A stretch of DNA of 64,000 nucleotides from an uncultured euryarchaeote. GTDB taxonomy: Archaea > Thermoplasmatota > Poseidoniia > Poseidoniales > Poseidoniaceae. Position numbers and translations under genes: made by a program. The notes beneath the pieces were generated by a model, which worked only from the letters and a program-made list of their open reading frames with translations, did not search any database and was not told the origin of the DNA. The stretch spans positions 21,356-85,355 of the forward strand of contig CALBRH010000055.1 in NCBI GenBank assembly GCA_937899865.1. The letters run 5' to 3'. Within the stretch, counting starts at the first letter, position 1. Each line of letters opens with the position of its first letter. This document shows positions 27,740-42,700 of this stretch, one piece after another.

Positions 27740-30700
27740 TCAGACTGGTTGGTTCCAAGTTAGACCAGTGTAGGTCTTCAAGACAGCACCTTGTGTATCT
27801 CCACTTGGTGAGTAGACGATCCTAACAGTTGCATCAACTAGTTTGTGACCATCAGCAGTTTGAGTCTTGACGTAGATGTCATCTCCTGTACTAAAGGAAG
27901 AGATTGTCTCATCTTCATCAATTGTAACTACATCACCAAAGGTTACCAAAGAATCGCTGTTGAACGGAGAGAATCCGTAAACATGGTCTGTGGAAGCAAG
28001 GTTAGTTGTTTCTGAAACTATCTGACCACTTGCATCTTCATAGATTACTGTTACTTCAACAGCTTGTGTTGCCAATACAGTTTGTGCTTGACCAACGGTA
28101 ATCTTCCAGTGATCTGTTGCAGCACTACCTGTATCAACATTCTCAGCTGAGAAAGTCACTCTTGGTACACCCTTAGTATCTGTGTCAGCAAGTTGAGCTG
28201 CCCAAACATATACAACACCGGATAGAACAACAGTGATCGCAACCATCAAGATAGTTGCAATAACTGGGCTCACAGCAGCATCATCATCTGAAATTTGCTT
28301 CTCAACAAATTCTTCTTCATCATCATCTCTGCGTCCAGCAAGGACAAGAGCGCTAACAAACAAGCCAGTTAGAGCAACTGCAATGATACTTGGTGCGAAT
28401 GAAGCAACTGATAGAGCACCGATTGTTGTCACCGTAACTGGTAGAGCAACATCAGCAGTTTGCCAGTCTTCAGCAAATGCGCCATTGTATCCTTGTTCTG
28501 TGTGTTGACATGCGGAAGATTCACTCCATGCAACTTCATTACCGCCGTTAGTAGACATCATGTTGTTACACCAGTTCTTATCTTCAAATGCTGGTCTTCT
28601 GTTAGATTGTTGACCATTAGCATCTTCACCGATTCTACCAGGTTCAGACCACTTTCCGAATACTTGATTGCTTGAAACAGCATTGTGTGATTCAGGGTTG
28701 TCAGTTTGAACTTCGTTAACAGTACAGAGATCAGCTGCATTTGGAGTACAGGTAACTACATCAACTTCTACCCAAACCTCAGTGGTCATGTCAGTGATGT
28801 AAACTTCCCAGTTCTCAATATCCAGTGATTCACCGAATGCAGGTGGTGTGAAGTATTGTGGTAGTTCAATCTCAGTGTGTCCGTCAGAATGCAGAGATAC
28901 AACCAATAGATGATCGTATGTGTAGTCACCGTTGTCGCCACCAGCATAGATGCTGAAGTCAACAGGTACATATGTTCCAGGCATTACATTATTGACGCCG
29001 TTGAAGTCAAATCCTTCATTCTCGTCAAGGTAGTAATCTGGTACATTCTCAGCAACGTTGTCAACTTCTACAGACAGAGTTACTGATACAGACTCTTGTT
29101 GGTAGTTGTTTGGCGCATAGCCTTGTTGTTCTAACAATTCGTAGTTAGGCATGTAGCTTGGTGGATTCTCAGAATCTAATAGTGTCAATGTCATCTCACA
29201 ACGTCCGTTAGCTGTTCTTGTTTGATGAATACCGTTGTTGTTCAGCATATCAACTTCCCAAGGTTCAGCATTTGTTGTAGCGTCCTTAATCAGAGTGAAT
29301 TCTAGAATATCACCATTGATTTGAGTTGTGTAGTAGTTAGATGAATCACAGGTATTAGTATCTTCTAGAGTCCATGACAGGTCTGCATCTAGATGGTCGA
29401 TATCGGACTTAATGCTAGATAGATCGAAAGTCAATGCATTTGCATCTATTGTATCCTCTACAAGGTCTAATCTGTAGTCGCTAGTTCCTGGAACACCCTG
29501 GAAAGAGTTGCTACCATCTGCGGAGTCAACAACTCCTTCAGAAGCGATTACTGGCACATCATTAACTGGTGCAACAGCGAACTGTACTACTACAGGTGTT
29601 GCATCGGTATTTTCAGCACCATCATCAGATAGTGTTAGTGTAATGTCACAAACACCACCATATTCCCAATTGGTGTTCTCAGTAATGACAATCTCATCGA
29701 CTCCATTGACATTGGTCTGTAGAGCAACACTGATTTGATCACAAGTAGCAGTAGCGCCCCATGTGTAAACTTGGTTTACAGGGTATTGCTCATTTGCCAT
29801 ATCTCTGATAAACGAATTCATTGTATCGTTAGCAAGTTTACCTAGAGGCTTACTGTAACTTGCGAATCCTTCGTCTCTAGAGTTGTATCTTTCACCAGCA
29901 GCATCAACGTATAGATATAAATCGCCGTTGTCACAATCTGGGTCTACAGAAGTTCTAGCATCACAGATTACAGGTGCATCGTTGATATTCTTTACAGTGT
30001 AAGTAATTGTCTTTGCTGCAGTCTGTCCGTGAGTGTCGACAACTTCGAAAGTCAAATCAAATGTACCGAATTGGTCATTGATCGGAGTTAACGATAGTGT
30101 TCCTGTTGTACCAGATACGTCGCTAAAGTCTGTCAGTATGTTTGCAAATGCATCCATATTGCTTTCAGTGACTTCCCATTCCATGTCTTCTTCAACATCT
30201 TGCTCATCATCAACAAATGTCGACAAGTCAAGGTCAAGTTGTGCAGAGTCTTCGCTAACCAATATGTCATCAAGCGCAGAGGTAATCTCTGGACATGCTC
30301 TGAGGATGTTAAAGGATAGAGAAGTGGTTGAATCCATTACAACATTTGCTTCAGTATGCCAATCATAGTCACATGTATGTCTGATTTCAGCAGGTGTCTT
30401 AGCCATGATATTATAGTTGTGAGGTGTAGTAGGTGGGTTGCCAAACTCGAATGAACGATGAAGTAGAACTTCATTAGTCATTGTACCGTCAGATAGATCT
30501 AACTTGTTAAGAGCTAATTCGTATGCACTATCAAAGGTTTCAGCACCGGTTCCAACAATTGTACCTTGGTCTGGGCTTGCTGAGTTAACATTATCAGTTC
30601 CAGCATCTTGAATCGATGCTACGATATTCATTGCATCAACAGAACCACCAATTGAAGCGAGTGGTACACTAACTTCTAGATATTGTCCTTGAGCAGATAC

Positions 30701-33700
30701 TGCACTTGCACCTGGGTCTAATACCCAATTAGGAGCATTGTAGTAGTAGACATCCACGCCAGCAGAAGTCACGACAATTGCGAAGTCTGCATCATATGGT
30801 AGAGTGTGTACATTATTGTATCCGGTTGAACTACCAGCCATATCATTGCTGTCTACATAAACGTAGACATCGCTTGCAGATGTGTCAACACTGTCAAATC
30901 CTAAGACAAGTGAACCCGAATCTGTTGTCACATACATTGGTCCACCAACAAGACCTGGCATAGCATAGCCAGATGGATTTAGAGCATTGCCACCAACCCA
31001 ATCATCACTATTACCATCTACAACCATTGTTGTAGTGAAAGTTGGTGATGAATAAGCCGAGTAATCTTCATCCGAGACGATTGATAAACCAACTTGTGCA
31101 GTTGGTTCGCCGCCAAGGTGATCTGCATCGATATTCAACCAGTTTGCCTCATCAACAATTGATGTTGCATCTGTTGAAACCTTAGCCGCATCAAGAGCCC
31201 AATCAATAACTGTCAATCGAGTATTGTCACGCGCATCAATCCAAGTGGTTGAACTTGCTGATTTTGCTGCAGATGCAGGACTGCTTGAACCGCCGGCAGG
31301 ATCTGTTAATGATTGTACAGTTCCCTTGACATTTTCAGCAATCATGATAGTATCAGCGTCAGCCTGACCAGCATCCCATAGAACTTCTGAATTCTTGGCA
31401 TGGAAACCAACATTGCCAGTTACATCCATTGGATATAGCCAAGCATAGTTGCTGTCCTCAACCATCAAACCAGTTCCAGTAGAGCCACCATCGAAAGTAG
31501 CACCGATTACTGAAACTTCAATGTCTTCGGTGTGAACACCAATTCCATTGTCACCAGCAGTGAAGGAAGCATCGCCAGTAATTGTCAAAATACCGCCACC
31601 TGTCTTGTGGATACCAGTCTCGAATCCAGACATAGTTGTACCATCAAGGTTTATGTCGAAGCCGAATGTATTATCATCATCAAATCCAACTGAACCAGAC
31701 TGATCGCTACCAGTAATGACTGAGTTTTTATCATTCCAAATACATCCATCATTAACAATTGCATTCTGTCCGATGTTGATTGTGTTCGCTTCGGTAAGAA
31801 CCGCATACGACGAAACATCACAATTGGACAGTTGTATTCCAACTCCAAGCGGATTATTGTTTACGCTATCAAAGGTAATGGTATTATCCTTAATTGTTGG
31901 ACCAACCCATGAGTTATCCTCTGGCATGGCTTCTTGCCATTGTAGAGCAGCTTCTCCACAGTAAGAACCACAGAATAGTCTAAATCTCATTTCATATCCT
32001 GGATCAAGAGTGACCTTGAGTACATCACTCTCTTGTCCAGAAGTAAATGGTATAGATGGATAAGCAGAGCTTATACAGTTGATTCTACCAGCCCATGTAC
32101 CAAATGGTCCACCATAGTTGGTACTACTTGGCGCAGGTGCACCAGTAGTTGTTACCGCCCATGTACCTGCTGGTGCTACTTGCATACCTATGTTGGTATT
32201 ACAGTTAGAACCAAATCCGTCACCATATTGGTCAATTCCAACAAAGTCATATGTTACTGGATCGTTACCTAGATTCTGTAGTAGTACTCCGTCCATAGTG
32301 TTAGAGTACGCTGTTGGGTAGTATGGGTTAGACGAATATCCGAGGTAAGGACCACGGTATCCTGGTCGAGTGTTCTGTATTCCAGCAACTCCAGGATCCC
32401 AGTAGTACATTGGGTTTGTATTAGGTCCAGAAGAAGTAGAAGCCCATGTTCCAGTTTCACCTTGAACAATTTCGAATCCTCCACCGTTTGGACCATCACC
32501 ATATGTGTCTAACAGATAGAACACGTATGTTCCTACTTGGTCCAAAACAATGTTTGGATTTCCGCTGTTCCAAGATTCTTCACCATCTTGTCCGAAGTTA
32601 CCTGTTGCAGGATCCCAAACAGTCACAGTATTATCAGGTGCTGTGATGTAAACTCTCAATTCAGAGGCCCATGTACCTGCGATTAAGCGAATAATCATTT
32701 CTTGTCCTACATCGTTTGTTGCATAAACGTCAGGAGAGACACAGGATCTCCACCATGTAGGGAATGGACATGGATCACCAAATCCACCCCACTGTACGAA
32801 TTGACCTGGAACGTTAGGGAAATCAGTGTTCACACCAGCAACAACTTCAGTCACGAATTCAGTAGGTTTGGTTAACGAATCAGCAAGGATAGCATATTGA
32901 CCTGGGTCAGTAATATCGTTACCTTCAACATTGAAATCACCGCCAACAGCACTTATTGCAAAGTCTGATTGGTAATTGAAGTCATTATCGTTGATGTTCA
33001 CTCTTTGAACTCCATCAGTACTTACACCATATGCTCCACCATTGAATACGTTGGAGTCAATTAGAGCATTGAAAGATGTGTCGTCTTGGAATCTAACGTG
33101 TGAACAAGTTGAACATGTCATTACGTTGTTAGATAATACCATACCATTGGTATCAGAATCAGCCCATCCCATGACATTTAGTCCTACAGTATCTACGAAA
33201 GTATTGCCATCGATAACAACATTGTTAGAACCAACAACTGTGTGAGCTGTTGATGATGTTCCATCATAGTATGAATCAATGAATGCTACACTCAGTACAC
33301 AATTTGCGAATGTATTACCAGAAATTGTCGCTGAATCTATACCACCAAGTCTCAAACAGTAGTCAGCATCTGAGAATAATGTAGGAGTAATTCCTAGATC
33401 TCTGTAGTAATAGATGAAGCTGTTCTTAACCTCGACAGTTGAAGGCACGTAAGTATTGAATGAACCGAAACTGGAGGAGTCTCTGTCACCAGTACCAGTT
33501 GCAAGACCGATGATGTTGTTGAAAGTTACACCATCAATGTCAAGATTCAACGGGTTCTCATTGGTTCCTTGTAGACCACCAATTACCAGACCAACAACAT
33601 CACCATTTGCAGTCTTAGGGTAAAGTCCGTTGACTTCACCACCATGCATCTTTAGTGTTGTTCCGTATGGGTAATCAGAAATCCATTGTGCGATTCCAGT

Positions 33701-36700
33701 TCCATATTCAGTAGTATAACCAGTATCGAAAACAATTGCGTTATCCAATGTGTATGTTACACCATCTCTTAGTTCTAGAGTACCTGAGTCGATCATAATG
33801 GCTTTTCCAGACAAGTCCATGGAGGAAGTTCCATCCCACAAACCTTCGTCATCGCCATATTCTACCATTCCTGTATCATAGGTTCTCGATCCGGATGCTG
33901 AGAAAGATGTTCCTGCACACGGTGAAACCATGACATAGTTTGAATCTGTACCACATACTCTCACATCAATTTGATCAGTTAAACTGTATTGATCGAAATT
34001 TGTCGCAGTAGCCGAATCATATGGTGCGTCTGCCAAGTTAGGCGTTGCTTGTAAGTAACGGAAATCTCCAGAGTTAGTAGTCGAGTCAGTCCATGAATAA
34101 TCAACTTCTGCTACGCTTGAAATTTTGTATGTGCTGAAGTAGGCAGAGTAATCTGTCACTCCGCTTGCATCAACATCATAGATCGAGAATGACAATCCGG
34201 ATGTTAATCCGTTTGCATCTGTAGATCCTGTTGAAGTTGTAGCAGCAGCTTGGCTAGACATCACAACATTGGCATCAGCTAGAGGTGTTCCGTCAGCATC
34301 AAGTTCGGCGAAATAACTTCTATCTCTGTTGAACTTTCCTGTTGAACTTGAACCTATAGTAACTTTACTTTGGTCAACTATACCATCTAAGAACGAGACA
34401 GCGCTTGAATCAGCAATTTCAACATCTACTGTATTACTTCCAACAATGTCTACATCGTTCATGGATATATCTCCAACTCCCTCAAAGGACATTGCGGTAT
34501 TGACGTTAGAAATTGACATTGTGTCAACCATGTGGTTAGCGCTACTTTGAGATCCAACTCTAAATCCAACATTACCGTTGGAAATAGTTGCGTCAGCTAC
34601 AAGAGTTTCAACATCATTGTTTAGATATATGGCAGTACCCAATCCATTAAAGTTAGAATTGGTTATTTCTTGAATTCCTGCACTTGTAGATGGTGCATAG
34701 AATCCATAGTTGTTGTTTGCTCCTAATCCAGAGTCATCTACATCCATATTATCCAAATAAACGCTGTTTGTACCAGATGTTCTAACACCGTATTGAACAG
34801 GGTCATCGATATCTAGACCGTTGATGTTGGCTAAAGTTCCACCTTGTAGATCAATTCCTACGTTTGCATCAGTAATTTGTGCGTTATTCAAGATAACACC
34901 CTTTCCAATTACTGCTTCGGAATAATCTCCAAATGCTGCTGGGTTGGAACCAGATCTTGTAAGCAGTTCTACACTATCTCTGTTCATGTTTGCCCAGTGA
35001 CCAAGCGAACTACCGAGGTATCTGTGCATCATGTCGAATTTCAACTCGACCTTCGCAATCGAGGAATCTGTCAAATCAATAGTTGGCCAACTCAAAAGCA
35101 TGTTCGAACCAATGGTTGTTCTGAAGGTAGGAGACCTTGCATTACATGCTTCATAGTTTGGTGAACCCCATGTTCCAGCCAAACTAGAGCGTGTTTCACC
35201 AATTGTTGTGTCATGCCAGTTTCCAAGGTTGGAAATAATGGTTGAATAACCGAATGCACCACCTGTTCCCATTCCGTAGCGTCCAGTAATTGGGTCATCG
35301 AATCCCCAGTTAAATTCTGGGTAAGAAGATACACTGATTGGTTCAGGAACGGTTCCTTCAGAAATTCTAAATCCGAATTGTTCAGGATATAATGGAGATG
35401 TAGTTACTCCATACAAGTCTCCAATGTTAGGAGTACTAGAGTACCAATAGTAGTTGTCTAGGCGCTCTCCCCATCTCCATGGATTTGGTGATTCTCCACC
35501 ATAGTTACAATCCCAGAATGGCGCACCACCGGCTCCTCCAAGGTAGCTTAATCCACCGTTAGTTACGGCAGGATCATTTTGGCTGTATGGATAATATCCT
35601 ACATCGTTTTCGTCTTGAATTAGGTATGATGCTCCAGAGTTATCAGTTACTTCAATTACTAAGTTGTCCATTGTCACATATGGTACGGACCAAGATGTTA
35701 CACCATAGCCACCTACAGTATATCTGTATGTGTATGTACCACCGTAATTAATCATCATTGCAGGTTGTAGATAATCTGCTTGCCCAACCCAACTGGTTAG
35801 ATCAACTGTGTATTCTTCCCACTCGAAACAGCCGAATCTGTGGAAGAACCAACAGTTATCCATGTTTGGAAGTTCTCTTGCATTAAAACCAGTTCCAATG
35901 TTGGATGGGTAATTTTGTGCAAGGCCTTGTAATACCGCACTTGAATACATAGTTGGTAGTTTAGGACCATCTTTTGCGACAATTCCATTAGTATTTCCGT
36001 TTGATGTGTAGCCATCTAGATTCATTGAACCGCCGTCGGAGTTAATTCCTACAGCCATGTTGGATATAGTTAAACCGTCACCAACAACTTCACCACCATT
36101 GGTAAGTTCAATACCTACACCTAGGTTTGATGAACCTGCTAAAGTGGCAGCAGAGGAAACTGTTACCAATCCACCATCGACATCAATCATTGGGTAAGAG
36201 TTTGAAGCAACTGCAGTAGCAGTCAAATATGCTCCTCCACCGAGTTTTAGTTCTGCGCCGCTTGGAACTTCCAATTGTCCGCTCTTTGAAGAATCGAACA
36301 ATAGGTTACTAATGGTACCAGATTGCATATCCAAAACACCGCCGGATTCAATCGCAAGGTCAACTGCATTTAGTAAACCTTCACCGTAAATCTTTGGTAT
36401 GTCACCAGTTCCTGTATCGGTCATCATAATCAATTTACCACCATTACCAATAGTCAAAGTTGGATTGTCTAGTGCATCCTCTCTAAATGTAATTTGTGAA
36501 CCTTCAAGTACAACAGTACATCCATCGATTAGCAAGTCATCTGCGAGCACCATTGTAGCACCCTTGAACTCGTAAGTACCATCACCATCTGGATCTGTAT
36601 TGAGGAAGGTTTCGTTAGTTGCCATCCACGCACAGTCCATGAAACTGACATTGTCAAGTGTCACAGGAGGTGAAACAAGTCTAATGTCAGCATAACTTCC

Positions 36701-39700
36701 GATTGTGTAAGTACCAAAGTCAGCCAATGGAACTCCAGTTTGTAGAACTCCATCTTCGAATAGAACTTCAGTAGCAGGGGTACCATCAACCAATGCTGGA
36801 TTAGCCTGGCCTGCTCCAGCAGACCCACTAGCTCGTACGACATGAGTGTTGTAAGTTGTTGGCGTGTGATCTCCAGTAATTACTGCAACATCGCTCGCTC
36901 TTCCATCGTTTCCAGTTGTTGCTCTGTGAATTACCTTGTTCGGGAACAATTCAGCGCCGGTTGAGTCAAGAACAGATGCAGTAATAGTAACTCCTGCCTC
37001 TGGTATTTGTTCTGGAAGGCCTGTATTAGCGTCAACTCCCAATCTGTAGGCAAGTGAATTGGCAAATCCACCATAATAGACTTCTGGGATTGCAGTAGGT
37101 TGAACATTGGTATTGCCGTCAATTGATGTGTGACAATCTGTAGTCTTTCCATTGGAATCTGCACAATCATTACCATTCAAAGTAACATCGATTAAGAATC
37201 CATCAGAAGATAGACCGCCAAAATACAGATATGGACCAAATTCAGATACTGTTGTACTGGTCACATCTACATCAACAAAGATACCTTCTGTTGCATGCAT
37301 GTAAATTGCTGAGTCAGAACTACTGTGAGACATTGTAGATGATACCATCTGAATAGTACTCGTACCTCCAGGTGTGTTACATTCTGAACTGAGTTGTCCA
37401 AGTGCTGAGTTAACAATCTTAATGTTTGCACCACAGCCGAATGATCTGTACAGCCCAACATCCATGTTAGTGAACTCTAACATATCATTTGAACCACCAG
37501 TAACACCAAGTTCTTGAATTGAGAATTCATTAGCGACGGTGATTTGATCAGCTGTTCCAGGGAAAGTCCTGTACATTGTCATATCAGGTGCTGTAACTCC
37601 GTCAAATACTGAGTTAGCACCCATTGAACCTGGTACGTTGGTTGTAGCACCACAATATGGATTGATATCGAATCGATGTTGTCCGGTAGGCATGAAACCT
37701 GTACCAAGGTCGACATTGGTCAATGAAACCTTACTTGCTGCGCAAATCCAACCTTGTGCATAGTTTGGTGCGTTGAAGTTAGTTACTGTAACCTCGGAAT
37801 TAGCGCCATGACTCAAACCAAGGCTTACACCAGTGTTTTCCCAAGTCCAACCATTGTTATTCCATCTCCATTGGTCGTTAATGGTAGGCGTAGTTGCAGT
37901 TACATCACTAATAGTAATGGTTTGAAGATCTGTTCGAATTAGCGTAACCTTAGAGTCTACAATGTTTACATACTCCATGGTCAAAGAACCAGAATTACTT
38001 CCTGAAACATCAGATGCGATAGCACCTGCCCAATCGTAATTGTTGGTGTTACATCGAGTCATAGTAGATGGGTTGCCTGCTGTACCTGTTAGTGTAGCAA
38101 CTGTGTTTTGAGCAAAGTTGAAACAAGAACTTCTTGAGTCAGTAATTGCGAAGTTAGACATTGTAACAACTGTTCCTTGTCCGCTACCATGAGCGAATGC
38201 AGAATCTACATTTGAGTAAGATACATCAGATAGAGTAAATTCTCCTACGTCACAATCTTGGGTAGCAGTTCCACATCCTTGGAAACTTGAATCAGCTGGT
38301 CTACTACCTGCAGTTATTGCCGCATGGTTAGTATTGCTGATAGAAACATGTTGCATTACATGTCTGTCTTCAACAGTTGTACCTGCACAGTCACTAGTAA
38401 ATGCCAATCCATGCCATAGAGCATTTGAATTGACACTTCTGTCTGCGTTAAAGGTGATTGGGTCAGTCGAAGTTCCCATTGCTGTGAACTTTGAACATGT
38501 ACCGTCAGCCTTGACGCCACCATCGAATGAGATACCTTTGTTCTCTCCGATAATAACTTCAACGCCTGGTTCAATTGTCAAGTCAGCATCAATACTTAGG
38601 TAACCGCTTGGATCTGATGGGTTAACCTTAATCGGGCTATCGATTAGATACCATGTAGTATCATCTGTAATATCTGCAGTAACTGTCTTACCTTGGCCAT
38701 CGAATGGAAGTGTTCTGAACCATACACCTTGACAGGATGTAGTGCCAGTTGAGCCACAATAGTCAACTGTTTCACGTGACCAATATGGTGCCATCATGTG
38801 CAATTTACCGCTTAGGACGTTGTTTGCGCCGCCACAGGTAGTCCAGAAGTTTGCACGGAATGCACCTGATGTTGGCCAGCATCCTGTAGAGGAAGATGAA
38901 CTTTCGATTCTAATGGTGTTTGTACTACCATCATCAACAAAGTGCAAGAATCCGCTTCCAGTTGCTTGGATTCTGTTAAGAGGATCGCTACCGTCATAAG
39001 ACTGGCCATAGAACTCAAAGTTAAAGTCGTCTGGTATGTCAAAGTTTCCTGCACAGTATACGCCATATTGACTCCAATCAGAGTTTGAGTCACATCTGTC
39101 GTCATTACTGAATGTGAATGAACTTACAGGCACGGTCTGAGTCGATGATACAAGAGGTAGTGGAGTCATTCCAAGTTCGAATGTTTCTACAAGATAGTCT
39201 CCAGTATCAGACAGAGTAAATCTCAAGTTGTTAGTATGAGGGTTTCCGTAAACAAAGTAGTCCCAATTGCCAACTTCCATGAAGTTGCTTCGGTCTTCTC
39301 TGATAGCAGTGACGCCTACCTTCTCATTGTTGTAACAGTCCTCGTCATAATGGAACTCAAACTCATTGGTAACATCATACATGATAACTTGCATGCTACA
39401 TCCGTCATTGTTAGATGTGTAAGAATTCTCTTTGTACTCAACCCATTCAACAATCAATGTGTTGGTAGGATTAGCAACTTCAAAGGTGTAAGTGTCGCCT
39501 TGCATAGAGTTAGCAGGAGGCGCTTGTGGGCTTGGTTGAATGTCTCTTGTTGTCATGTGATAGGAAACGGTATCTCCTCTGGTTAATCCAGTGAATTGAT
39601 AAGTCCATTCACACTCTGAGTAAGTACAGATATTTCTCTTATCCGCATCAGTCTCATAGATGAAAGATGTTGTACCATCTGAGGTTGGAACCAAAGCAGC

Positions 39701-42700
39701 ATCACCAGTTGAGGTTACGACGCCCTGGTCGGAGGTAATTGTATAGTGAATAGTCGGTCCAACATTTGGTACAGGACTGGTATCTACACCTTGATCTGCA
39801 TATCGGTTATCGGAAATTGTATAGGTCACAGTTCTATCAAGAGCATGTGAATCGCCAATTTGTCCACCAGTAACCAATGGTGCGGAACTATCTGGATCTG
39901 GTTCTACATTTCTAATCTGCCAAAGCAGACCGTCGTCACGTATGTCTTCTCCAGTCTTGGTAGCACCTATTGCAAATCCTTGCCAGCTACCGCCTGCACT
40001 TGTTTCAGTTGCATCAGGTGTACAATCTGATGAAGTTTCCATGAACATAACGTGCCCTGCTGTTGTTAAACAGATCTTACTGAATTCCCCAGTTCCGGTA
40101 CCGAATGGCACTCCACCAAATCCTGTGTTTGTTCCAAGTGATGGTGTATTTGAATCTGCTAGGTCAATCACGAATGATTCAGCAGTGTAGCCATCAGTGT
40201 ACAAAGAGTTGATGTCGTAAGGAGTGACAGCGCCAGATGGCCATGCATTTCCAGTGTATGACTCTACTGTCAACTTTGTGTCAGTATAATCTCCATATCC
40301 TGGATCGGTAGTAATGAAGTCCCAAGTACCTGCACCCAAGATTCCACCGTTAGGAATGTCGTGTAAGTTTTGGTTCATCGTGTTGGAAACGTGAATCGAG
40401 TTCGATGATAAGGAACCAAATGTGTAACCCATATTGTAGGAATCAGTACCTCCATGAGGTACATTGGTTATTTCCATGTTTTGTTCGTAACACCAACTGT
40501 AACATTGGTAGATAACTCTCGCAACATCTCCTTGAGGAACTGTGACTGTTGCCATTGTTGTTGGCAAGCTATAGTCCCTATTTCGGCCCGAGTCAGCGTA
40601 TAGAGTGTTGATTGTAATCTGCGGTGTAAACATGTTAGGTGTGTAGGCTTCTGCAACTACATCCGGCAAACTGGCATCAAGTCTGTTATCGATGTTATCG
40701 GAGCGTAAGACAATCGAAGAACCTGTTGCTGCAATAGCCCATTCATTGCTATTAGAATCGTAAACCATCATGAAATTTTGAGTTCCGTATCGACTGATAT
40801 CGAGAATTCCTCCAAATGCAGAGTCGAGTTCAAGGGTGTTAGTTGGTGCGCCGGTACATCCAGTCGCTCCTGGGTTACAGTCGGTAGCGACTCCTTCCCA
40901 GTTGATATCCCAGTGACCCAAAGAATGATCGCCAGATGAATGGACATCGTCGTCCCAGAAACACGTATCGTCGATATTCCAAGATGATGTGTAGAATGAA
41001 CCACAGTCAGTAAAGTCAAATTCAAAGTAGAATTCTCCACTACCTGCATAGTAAGTTATCTGTCTATCAAATACATCTTGTGTCTCTTGGTATGAACCGC
41101 CTGGTTGATAATCTGGCCCTTTAACATCCTCGAATAAGGCTGTGAGTTTTTTGCTTGTAGCTTGGTAGACATCTTCAACGGTGAACGTCAAATCAGCAGC
41201 ACCAACTGCAGGGAAACGACCTGCATTTGGTGACTGTGGTGGAACCTTAGAGTTGTCTACTGCTGCAGCATCACTGAAAGTCCAATAATAATCTACAGTT
41301 GTTCCAGCATTTATGTCCCCGGTTGTTGCGGAGAAGGTACAAACTTGATTCTTGGTAGCACATGTAGTTAGCAATGTTGAGTCAACATCAGTATATGAGT
41401 TGCCGCCATCAGTGCTGTACCACAATTTTGGACCACCAACAGCAGTTGTATCTACTGGGTTTCTAGCATCCATGATTGATAGGAATAGAGTTCTTGAGCC
41501 TTCAACATATGATGTAACACCAGTGTAGTGTCCATCGTATTCAACTGTTGGTGCAACGTCATCTGGTGTGTTATCTTCAAGTTCTACAATTAGGTAGAAG
41601 TTGGAGAAATCTGCACCACCGTCCCAATTATTGGTGTTTGCACCGCCAATTGAGTTAAGGGCATTAGGGAATCCGACACCAAATTCGATGTAGCCGCCGT
41701 TTGCAGCATTATTGTATACGTCTGCAAACATTGCCATAGTTCCAGAAGAACATGCTGTAACACTGCCACAAATCGAAACTGTTTGAGGTGTGTTAAGACT
41801 TATGTCAATTGGCATTCTAGCTATCTGTTCAGAACTAATCAATGAGTTTAGTCTCTGAAGAGATGGTGATGCTAGAACAACACCTGATGAGCCACCGGCT
41901 GTATCGAATCTTACTTCTCCTCCGGAGCCTGGCCCAGAGCCATCTCCTGCAGTATCCCAAACCAATGCCTCATAGTTTCCAGGAGTTTGGATGAACACAC
42001 TGTCTTCAGAGGTATAATCGGTTGCAGCGGTACAAGGTGGTGTTGAAGCAGGGTTGAAACTGCATAAATCCCAGTAGTTAGTCCATCCAGTTGTACCAGC
42101 TTGGCGGTAGTAAATCTCTGTGTGATCTGCATCACCAGGATTAGAACCTGTCCTGTACATGAAATATGCTTCTTGTCCGGTCAGTACTGTGAAAGTTGTA
42201 TCTGCAGGTTCGCTACCTGTCGGTGAACCTCCTGCACCAGGACCTATTGCTGGAAGTACTGGAGGAGCAGGTGCTTGCTTTACAGTTGCGGAGTTTTCAC
42301 TTGGCCAGCAACCTGAGGTTGGACAGTTGTAAGCAATTCTCATCTCATCTCCAGCATTTACTGTGAAGTATCTTGGAACCTCATATCCGTCATCTTCAGC
42401 ATCGTGAGCAGCACCGGTAAAATCTCCAACGGTAACTAAGTCTGTCCATGCTGCATTAGATGCACCAATTGTTCTTGTTTGGAAATAAACTGCTGCGTTA
42501 GAGTTAAGTCCATCACCGTAAGAATCGGTTACGATGTATTCATAACTACCAGCATCAAAAATTCCATTGCTCTCAAACGATGATGATCCGCTAACGAAAT
42601 CAACTGAGCTTCCATCGCATGTAGTCATATCAGAGGTCATTGAATACTGATATTGATTGGTTCCGTAAATGTCGTTATCTGTTTGACAATCGGTATAGTC

